A stretch of 64,000 bases of DNA from Azolla caroliniana (Eukaryota; Plantae; Polypodiophyta): NCBI GenBank assembly GCA_043228905.1, contig JBHGNT010000003.1, positions 13,392,001 through 13,456,000 of the forward strand, in the 5' to 3' direction. The notes under the pieces were generated by a model. The model was not told the origin of the DNA, made no database searches, and worked only from the letters and a program-made list of their open reading frames with translations. Shown in pieces: positions 50,731 through 60,583 of the stretch (the first letter of the stretch is position 1; each line of letters opens with the position of its first letter). The translations under genes and the position numbers were made by a program.

Positions 50731-53700
50731 GAGAAAGAGACAACAATCGGACGAGGAAGAAGAGAAGCCGCAAAAAGCAAAAACGAATGCCATAATGATG
50801 GCAAGACACGAAGTCGATGAAGATATGGTGGACAACCACTATACTCGACCTCATTGGGCACGAGCGACAACGGAGACGCTGGTGAAGATCGGGGAGAAGA
50901 AAGAGACCGTGGTAGCCTTGATCGACCACGGCTCGGAGATCAACCTCATGTCAACTGACTTCTACAAAAAAGGAAGATGGCCAATCAATACAAACCACGG
51001 ATGGAAGATTCGCGCGGCAACAAAGTCTACGGAGGACTTGTACGGAGCTTGTCCCAATATCAAAGTCACGATCGGGGATGTGGAGATGGATCAACACTTC
51101 TTCGTACAAGAATCGGCGTCGCATCCTGTCATCCTAGGGCAACCTTATATCACATCATCTCGGATGGAGACCAAAGTGTTCGATAATGGAGCAGCCTTCG
51201 CACGAATAAAGAGTCTTGACAACCAAAGATCGGTCCAATTCCTAACGGTGCGAGCCAATCATGAAAGGAATCGAGATAGTCTTGGAGGCGAATCCTCGGA
51301 TTTTTAGAGCGGACTATTGAAGCATGGGGCACAAATAGTCCGAGCAATCACAAGACCCCACAAGAAAGAAGAGTGCGTGGATTGCGAGGAGAAGCAACAT
51401 GTGTCACACCTAGTGGCGCATGTAAACTAATACTACCCGACAAGAAGCACAAGCGCCGGATACAAGAATTCGAGAAGATGTTGAAAGAAGAAAACATAAT
51501 AGAAGAAGGAGAGTTCGTGACTCATATTATGGAAGAAGCCTCATTTAACGACACCATCGGCGAAATCGAGGACGTTGTGGACTTGAGCTATCTTCACAAC
51601 CAACGCGTGATTTCGGTTAACTCCGTCAACATGTACGCTATCATCGATGAATACCGTCGTGGCATCTCGATGAAGGAAGCTGACATCAACACGAAATATA
51701 AAACGGTGGATAAGAAGATCAAGCCAGTTGTGGCTTCGCTACCGGAAGATAGCTGGCAAAAGATGAAGGAAGTCGCTAACGATCCAAGCTTAAGAGATCC
51801 GAAGAAGATAGGTCATGTCTTCACCAAAGAGACGAAGGGGAAGCTACGAGTTGGAAAGGAGGATTTCCTTCTCCCTGAAGAGGAGCGAATGTTTCGCGAT
51901 ATGCTTGAGAGACATGGGAAGGATTTCGCATTCTTCCCACGAGAAATCGGATGTGCCGACCCAAAGGTTATAGAGCCGATGGTGATCTTCACGGTGCCTC
52001 ATGTGCCTTGGAATTTGAAACCGATACCGGTTCCGAGAGCACACCTTCCGAAGCTGATCGAGCTCTTAAAGGAGAAGGTGAGTATGGGAATTCTAGAACC
52101 GTCGAATGCTCCTTATTCCAATAGGTGGTTCACGGTGCCGAAGAAGAATGGATCATTGTGATTCATCCAAGATCTTCAACCCGTCAACAAGGTGACAATT
52201 CGAAATGCCGGAATCGGTCCGTGCGTGGACGAATTTGCCGAAGCGTTTGCGGGCCGGTCCATCCACTCCATTGGCGATCTCTACTCCGGATATGACCAAT
52301 TCCAATTGGCGATCGACAGTCGGGACATTACAACCATGAGGACTCCGATCGGGCTTGTGCGGATGTGTACCTTACCCCAAGGCGCAACGAACTCGGTGGC
52401 TCATATGGTGAATGCCATGAATAAAGTCTTGAAGGATTGCATTCCGGACATCACGATGCCATTCTTGGATGATAAAAGGATGTTCGGATGAGGAGAAAGA
52501 TGAATCGAAAGATAAGGAAGGTTGTAGAAAGTTCGTTGCGGATCATATGAAAGATTGCGAGAAGGTGCTTCAAAGGCTTGAAGATGTGAATTTGACATTT
52601 TCGGGAGAAAAATCCGCATTCGGGCAACCAGAGATCTTGGTGGTAGGTCACTTGTGTGGAGCATACGGCTGGAAGCCCTCACCATCCAAAGTGAACGCAA
52701 TCCAAGACATGAAAGAAGAATGCGAAAACCAAATGGAAGTTCGAAGGTTCCTTGGAGCGTGCGCGTTTTATCATATATGGATTCCTCACTACGCTCATGT
52801 CGCCGAACCGTTATATGGACTACTAAAGAAAAGAATGAAGTTCGAATGGCGAGATGAGCACACAAATGCGATGCGAAGATTAAAGAAACTGCTTCTTGAA
52901 GCTCCGGCACTAAGGAAGGCCGACTATACCGAAGGAAAACCAATTTACGTGACTGTAGATACGAGCCCAACCGGAATCGGGTGGGTCATCAATCAAGAAG
53001 GTGAAGATAATGCGCGATATGCCGTCCGGTTCGGAGCAAAGGTTCTCAACGAACGGCAACAAAGATATGCCCAAGTCAAGCGGGAAATTTGGGGTATTGT
53101 TTCGGCAGTGAAGACGGACAAAGATTACTTGATCGGGTAAGAAGTGATAATAGAAACAGATTGTCTCCCAATTCTCGGAATGGTCTCGGGATGTGCGACC
53201 CCAGATCTTGCTATGCTAAGGTGGATCGCCTACATCAAGTCTTTAAACCTAGAGATCCGTCACATTGCAGGGAAGAAGAACGCCATGGCTAACATGCTGT
53301 CAAGGGCAAGATTTTCAAATGGAAGTAACATGGTTTCGGAAGATGAAGATGTCGCCCTCGACTTCTTCAAGATGGCTCGATTGTCGATGGAAGACCAGGA
53401 CACGCAAACCCTCCACGCCTTCAACGAGAACGAGTACAAAGTAGAGTGTATACTCATTGGTAGATTCCTAAGAACATTGACGACAGATGCTTCGTTGACA
53501 AAGGAGGAGGCCCTACGAATCCGAAAGAAAGCTTACCGATACTTCTTGAAGGGAGGATTCCTTTGGCGACATCCAAAAAGAAGGACAGGAATACCACGTC
53601 GAGTGGTGGTAATGAAAGAAGAGCAAGAGACGCTGATGACCGAATTCCACGAGAGTGCTTGGGCAGGTCATAGAGGAACATGGGCGACGTTCGAAAAGTT

Positions 53701-54367
53701 GAAGGAGAAGTACTGGTGGCCAAGCATGTACAAAGATGTACTCCATTTCGTGTCCACATGCGAAACTTGCCAAATATATTCAAATATACATCATCGTGAT
53801 GAGTTACAGCCGACATACCCACTCACCATACACTTCAAATGGATGGTGGATCTGGTCTCGATGCCAATGGGAGTGGGACAAATGAAGTACTTAGTGCTGG
53901 CAAGGGAAGACTTGACAAATCAAGTGGAAGGACGAGCCTTGACAAATAAGACGACTTCAGCCGTTTGCAAATTTCTGCTTGAAGAGGTTGTTTGCCAATA
54001 TGGATGTGTAGGGAAGATAGTGGCTGATCGAGGGGAGTTGGACGCGCACGAAGCGACGGAGCTCTTCGAAAGACTAGGCGTGAAGCTCTCCCTCACGACT
54101 GCCTACAATCCGGAAGCGAATGGGAAGATCGAGTGAGGGCATGGACCTATCGTTAAAGCCATCGTACGGGCATGCAATGGTCGAGTCAGGAATTGGCCAC
54201 GACTATTACCCTATGCCTTGTGGGCCGATAGAACGACCTATAGCTCGGTGACAGGGTATATGCCGACGGAGCTTATGTATGGACAAAAGCCGATTATGCC
54301 CATCGAAAGGACGATCGCCTCATGGGTAGCGATACCGTGGGAGAACGAGATGAGCCGAGAAGAGTTA
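50731..54367 (+). pseudogene. pol: Element C protease and RT-RNase H-integrase (stops, frameshift, 3' truncated)
   Basis: ALIDHGSEINL; GDLYSGYDQF; PFLDD; VADRGE; closely parallels element I. Confidence 0.93.
51298..51360 (+). promoter_or_regulatory. -1 frameshift signal of C (G GAU UUU plus pseudoknot)
   Basis: Heptamer 51298-51304; stem 1 CGGACTATT/AATAGTCCG; stem 2 TGGGG/CCCCA. Confidence 0.82.
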
Positions 54368-54858
54368 TAGACCACCTCCACCTCCACTCGTAAAGGGTTT
54401 ATATTTCTATCATTGTACTTTTACATGTAAATTCTCATACATGAGAGCTAAAATGAGTGACATGGTTATCATGCACCACATGTAATACATAAGCGCCAAA
54501 TGGCAAACATGCATTTTATGCATGTCTTGTACCCTCACATGCATCATATGCATGAGAGCATCTATAAAAGAAGGAAGGGGGAGGAGAAAAAACGTTCTTT
54601 TTTTTTGGGTTATGAAATTAAGAGGAAGAAATTCGTTATCAAATTGATCGTGTAACTTGTTTCTTAAATCCAAAGATAAAAGTTCAATCAATCTCTCTCA
54701 ATCGTTTAATCTTAACTTCTCTCTTTCCCAATCTATCTTAAATACTTTCTCGCTAAAGCTTACGCCAAAGCTTGTACCGACTTTGAATCCTTCCGGTCCA
54801 GAACCCCGGTGGTTCCGCCTCACGATCCGCGCGTAGTGACGGATCTTCACGACAATGC

Positions 54859-55870
54859 AGTCGACTATTGTCGACAGTGAGATTTATGTCAATGAACCGG
54901 CCAACCCACAAAAAAAGATAGGATGCTGCATCAACAAGTATTACCTTTGGAGCCATTTCAAAAATGGGGTCTCGATTTTGTCGGGCCATTCAAACCAACA
55001 ACTACACGAATCGAAAATCAATATGTTATAGTTGCCACCAACTACTATACCAAATGGGTTGAAGCGAAAGCTCTTCGGGATAACACGACGGCGTCGATAG
55101 CTAAATTTCTCTATGAAGTCATATGGTGTTGATTTGGTTGCCCAATTAAATTGGTAAATGATCAGGGTACTGATTTTATATATAAAATTGTACATGAGAT
55201 ATCCACCTATTATGCAGTAGTACATAAAAGAAGTACTCCGTACTACCGTCAAGCCAATGGATTGGCAGAATCGACAAACAAAACCTTACAAATGATTCTG
55301 AGAAAAATAATTAATGAGAATAGAACTGATTGGGACCAGAAGATTCATAGTGCTTTATGGGCATACCAGACTTCATACAAGACATTTATCAAATCGACCT
55401 CGTTTCGGATGGCATTCGGACTAGAAGTTGTAATGCCAATTGAATTCCAAATTCCGACACTACGAGTTCAGATCACTGGGAGATTAGATGAAGCACAGTC
55501 AGAACGAATGAGGAAGGAACAATTATTGGTATTGGAGGAAAGTTGGCTTCAAGCCATGTGTGCACTAGAGTAGAAACAAAGACAAACAAAGGCATTTGTT
55601 GACCAACACCGGAAACAAAAGGAAAAGATGTTTGAAGTTGGGAAGCAAGTGTTGGTATTCCAAACAAAGATGGGTTCAATACCAGGTAAACTTTGATTTC
55701 GGTGGACAGGACCATTATGGATAGTCGACAACAAAAATGGTACATATCAAGTCAGTACATTAGCTAGTGAAATTCTACCGAAATGGGTAAACAGGTTCCG
55801 ACTCAAGCCTTATCAAGGATTGACACCGGAAAATCCATTTAGAGTCGGCGTCGATGCCGACAACCTACTG
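54859..55870 (+). pseudogene. pol: Element B integrase
   Basis: [48 protein letters not shown]. Confidence 0.92.
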
Positions 55871-56207
55871 ACCACTCAGTGATGTGGCAAGGGGCCAAAA
55901 GTGTAAATATTATTTAGAAAAAAAAAACTTTGCAAAAATATAATAGAAATTGATTCTTGTTATGGTAACTTCTTGGCATTTTCCTTTTCAAACTATAAAT
56001 GGACATGCCAATTAATCATTTAGTATTCATGCCGAGTGGTGGTTATTAAAAGCTATTATTACTATATTCGTACTACCACTACCATTAATAGTATATTCCT
56101 ATTCATGAAAACCCTCGAAAAATGGCCCAACTCTTCTCCAAAACCTTGTCCTCTACATTATGTTCTTCACAACAACACAAACATTTTCGAGCACACTTAG
56201 CACAGAG

Positions 56208-58438
56208 TGTTAAGGATTAGGTAATTAATTAAGGACGAATTATTACCTAATTATGTGATAAAGTTAAGTGCAGAAGATTATGTGATATGTGTGTGAGAGG
56301 AAGATAGATAGATAGATAGATTATATTATCGTCTTCGGAGGTCAAATATGACCTATGAGACCAAAAATATTACATTTCACGTGATATGTGTGAAAGTGAG
56401 TAGTGACTCTCGATGTTCAAGAACTTTACCAATGAATGTTGCAATCGAGAGTGCACATTGTGGTTGTGAGAGGAATTCATGCAAAGATTGGGCTCGATCG
56501 AAGAGATGTGTAAAGCATGGTCGAATATGATCAAAGGCAGAGCATTGTATCAAAGTGTGATACTCAGACTCGCGAACTTGTTTAGGGCAAAGTGCGCATA
56601 ATCGACCACTCTCATCACTTGTACCCCAACGCCCTGTTTCACATCGCAATGCATGTGAGCTAAGTCGCATGGAAGCAATGGTTCGAATGGAAGATAACGG
56701 TATGGGCTCTAACATGTATGGATGTGTACGATTTCCCCGTTCCGCGAAGAATATGGTTTTGTAGTTAGGTGCAACATGTGTAGTATAATGTGTGAAGCGT
56801 GAGCCTCCACATTTGTCCCATGTCATGATACATTGGCGTTGCAAAAATGCCTCATTTACAGAGGAATCTAATGATGCATCATGAAGCAAGTGTCTCGCAT
56901 CCCATCTACCAAACCATTTTTCTATATCTTGCATCCAACCGGAACACAAAATTTTGCTTTTATGCGTCTTTTGGATCTTTTTGCTTGCTTCCCACGCAAT
57001 TCTAGGAAGTCGATGTGAGGGACTTTTTTGAACCTTAAGCATGTATTCAACAACCCTTTCCATGGCCATGATCTCAATGGGAAGCGATCCCGTCTCAAGG
57101 AGGAGGAGGGTGTAGGGCGTTTGTTTCTTAACTTGTAGAAACTTGGTAAGAAAATGCTTTTGGACATTTTCAAACTCTTTCCACATAGATTTAGGGATGC
57201 TACCGCCCCATACTTCCACCCCATAGAGAAGAACCGGTGTCACCAAAGTGTCGAAAAGATATTTCTTGAGGACCCAACACTTAATATCTCCAAGATTGCA
57301 TGTGTTCTCAAAGAGAGAGAGAGAGAGAGAGAGAGATACACTTATGAATAACACAAGATGGGGGATGAGTAAGTATATTAATTTAGCATTATCATCATCA
57401 AATACAAAAATACCTTCAATGAGGTATATATAGGTTTCATGTGCAAGGGTGCACATGTGCTAGGAGAATATAGGTACAACGTGTAAGTCCTATATTAAAT
57501 GAGCATGAAGTGGTGGATCTACAATGTATCCCACTCAAGTACAAAATCCTATTTAGGGCTTTATGGTCAACACACTAACTAGATTCTATCTAGGTAACTA
57601 CTAAGTTACATGTGTTGACTAAATAACTAAACTAAGTTGAGCTTGATCTCTCAACACGCCCCCTCAAGCTCAAGTGTGAGGCGTCCAACATCCGGCGTTG
57701 TTTTCGGCATTGTCCGGCTTCCGATGTCGGCTTCTGTGCGGCTTCCGTCCGGCCTTCGACTTTCCTCGCCGTGGCAATCTCGGTTCCTCCCCCTCAAGCC
57801 GGTGACGAAGGCTTGTAGTGTATGGGCGAAGGCTGACTACTTCCACCCATCGTGGGTGACGAGCCGCTTTGCTGGAGCTCTTGGGCTCTTGTTCGGCCGC
57901 TACCTTCATCGCGAAGGCATAGTGATGGGCCATATACTCGTTGTCGCCGAGCCGCGTGACGGGGTTCTTAGCTCTAGATGAGTGTCAAAGTTTTTCGCTC
58001 GCTGATGTGAGCACCTTCTTTACTTCGGGTGTCCGCATGATGGGTACACCGAACTCACTATCTAGTGAGGGAGCCGATCCATCTGAATCATTGTCGTCGA
58101 GGTGATCGACTTTGTATTCGGGCATCTTACCTTTGCATTTGTCCAAGTTCGTACTTGGCTGCGCCGTGCTTGGGTTGCGTGGGGGCTCTTGTGGCCCACT
58201 AGGCTTTGTCGTATTCGAACTTTCTTCGAACATGTGTTCGAAGCGATCTCCATCTTCTACCTCTTGTTCGGTGGATTCCGGGTTGAGCGGAGTCGGAGTC
58301 GAAGTTGTCTCCGGTGCGTACCAAGATGCGGACTTGTTGAAGACTACGTCTCGACTTACCCGAACCACTCGAGTAGAAGGGTTGTAGCACTTGTACGCCT
58401 TCTTCTCGGACAAGTATCCTATGAGGATACATTCCTCC
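56208..58438 (-). mobile_element. Element L: internally deleted Ty1/Copia related to A (3' LTR 56208-57656 containing a LINE; cut by M)
   Basis: TGTTAAG..CTCAACA ends; PPT CTTGAGGGGGCG at 57657-57668; integrase C-terminus CILIGY..KKAYKCYNP; RT largely deleted. Confidence 0.8.
56302..57312 (-). mobile_element. 5'-truncated non-LTR retrotransposon (RTEX/L2-like LINE) with (ATCT)n tail
   Basis: ORF ending at 56377: FDTLVTPVLLYGVEVWG (RT thumb), RLSSHALRCETGRW, RLCALC..ESEYHTLIQC; short 3'UTR and tetranucleotide tail 56302-56321. Confidence 0.85.
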
Positions 58439-59139
58439 TGTTACGGGCATGACCATATAATATCCCGTGGTAAGAATTTACCGTAGTATTCTATACACGT
58501 GGATAAGTGTGAGGGTTAAATGAGAGTGTAAAGAAGGGGAGGATTACTTTTAATCCTCGGGATTGAGACAACCCATTAGGTCAAGTGTGAACTTGCCTGG
58601 GGGCCTTGGGTTTCGCTATAAATAAGAGGCCTAGCTACCCTCATTTGATCATCTTTTGACTACATCGAGACTCTGCTCGTGTGGTGGGTCAACTCTTGTA
58701 GCGAGCGCGCCAGCACCAGGTACGACTCGACGCCACGGCGGTGGTATGGGACGCCGATCGAGGCTCGAGTCCGTCTCGATCCCTTCGCTCGGGGGTGGTC
58801 GGGTGGATCGGCACCCTTCTTTCTCTTTCTCCTTTCTATCTATCTTTTCATTATCCTTATCTTAAGCTTTCATTAGTGCTATGATCTATAATATTTGGTA
58901 TCAGATTTTTGTACTAATGTTTCTTTGTTTTTCATTTGTCTTTTGATTGATGCTGATCGATCGTTGTGCGGTTGGCCTTGATCCAGACAACGATCAACAA
59001 AGAACTTCGGTAACTCTTTCCATAATTTTTCTTTCTATTCTCTCTTCTCCCATCTAATCATGTGTTTCGTTTATATTTAATTTTTTTCATTAAGTCAATG
59101 ATGTTGTAGTGGTCTTTAATTGATTATCTAAAACGTTTA

Positions 59140-59410
59140 CATATGTGCACGAGGTCAATACCTCGTTTGACATATTGATAATATGTGATGAGTGTCGTAT
59201 GCGTATGAGGTTAATACCTCAATTACGTATTACGTTCACGAACATATGTTACGTTTGCGTATGAGTTTAATACCTTGATTTGTTGTAAACGATATGCGTT
59301 TGGTCTCGTATGCGTAAGAGGTCAATACCTCCATTGCGTATTACGATGATCTCTTATTTGTGGATGTTTCGTGTGCGTAGAGGTATATACCTCGATTACG
59401 TATCTCGATC
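59140..59410 (+). repeat. Array of five stem-loops with conserved GAGGT-YAAT-ACCTC apex
   Basis: Cores at 59151, 59207, 59263 (degenerate), 59318 and 59380. Confidence 0.8.
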
Positions 59411-60583
59411 ACATCATTTGTGGCTATTTAATATAACGATATGTTTAATATAGGCATATGTGGTCACATATATACGTATTTGATCGTATATATGTGATAA
59501 GTAAACATATGTGTATATTCGTTATTACGTGATTATATCGAAAGTTGTCCTTGTCGGGAAAAGGATGTTGGTGGCCGTCCTCACATTTTTGTGAGAATGG
59601 CGTTGTCACCATCTCTTTTTCAACATTTTTTTATTGTTGATAACCCCGTTGACGACCTCGATTTCGTTACGTAAAGAAACGCGAATAGCCAAAATGATGT
59701 TGAGTACGTAGGGCTTGACCCACTTCAAGTGAGGTCGCTCCAATGACGCACGTATCCAACATCCCTCCCTCGTTACATGGATACGATGCCACCATGAGCT
59801 CGTTCTTACGAGAGGCATTCGTAATGACGTGACCATGTGATGGCCCACGTGAGCCTACTACGAAACAAGGGCTCATTTGGCTTCACCATTAGGTTGCACT
59901 TTGGCGTATGGCATCGTAATTACGAGACTTGAGGTTAGGTAACGTACCAACATAGTTTTGGTAAATGAGGGCGAAATAAGGACCCTTGACATATATGTTC
60001 TTTTAAAAAAACATATATGATCAATTGCCTCGCATATCTCTTATACGCATCAAACATTAAGCATTCGAGAAGAGCAACTTACTTGGTTGGCTCAAGTGTT
60101 TAACGTATTTGTTCTCGAGGTCTCGAGTTCAAATATGACCAAGACCATACAACATCCTTGATACATATGACTATAACACATGTTGAGACTTAAGGTCTAA
60201 GTGCACCTCGGGGTCCTCGTAATAGGACTTAAAGAGCCGAAACCACTTATGTGGGCACCGAAACATAGTTTATTGTTAACATTTTTTTTTCGTGTATAAA
60301 CTATTCATGACGCGAACATACATGGTTGAGCCTCGGGGAGCCACCATGAAAAAATCGATATAGAGATCAGGGAAAGATATTTTTTTGTCACCCCCATGGT
60401 TTTTAAAACACCTTTGTGTTACCATAGTAACCTGATCTTGAACCTCATCTCATACGTCTAGAGGGGTATTGACGTGAGATAATGATATCGATTAATGCTC
60501 GCCCATGATATGTTTACATCACGACATGATGTTATGACTATATCTCTGACCTTATCCTATTTCTTTTCCAGAAATAATCTTTA

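Larger units (their letters stand above)
41420..54854 (+). mobile_element. Element C: tRNA-Trp-primed Gypsy (Phygy-like), interrupted by K, 3' part deleted
   Basis: 5' LTR 41420-42743; PBS TGGTGAACCCGCCATGAA 42752-42769; 3' LTR remnant 54398-54854; 4-bp TSD ACGC/ATGC (41416-41419, 54855-54858). Confidence 0.93.
1763..56207 (+). mobile_element. Element B: old Ty3/Gypsy non-chromovirus (Tat/Athila-like), host of the nest; 3' LTR not in window
   Basis: Putative 5' LTR from TG at 1763 and PBS at 2330. gag reads across the Copia A insertion (..FEQLVAKF|TQLFHRQIP..); integrase reads across the element C insertion (..KDA|VDYCRQ..). Pieces: 1763-3322, 37646-41419, 54859-56207. Confidence 0.85.

Noticed and set aside
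57313-57456. N-terminal part of the 359-aa ORF as a host gene
   Set aside because: It is read-through from Copia LTR and (GA)n sequence into the truncated LINE ORF.
59140-59410. Palindromic repeats with variable linkers resembling a CRISPR
   Set aside because: Repeats are too degenerate, the context is a retrotransposon leader and there are no cas genes; kept as an RNA-structure finding instead.
60070-60140. Fourth tRNA/SINE-like head (TGGCTCAAGTG..GAGGTCTCGAGTTCAAAT) in the leader of M
   Set aside because: Both boxes are degenerate, spacing is ~5 nt short, orientation is sense and it is not in an LTR; too weak to call.
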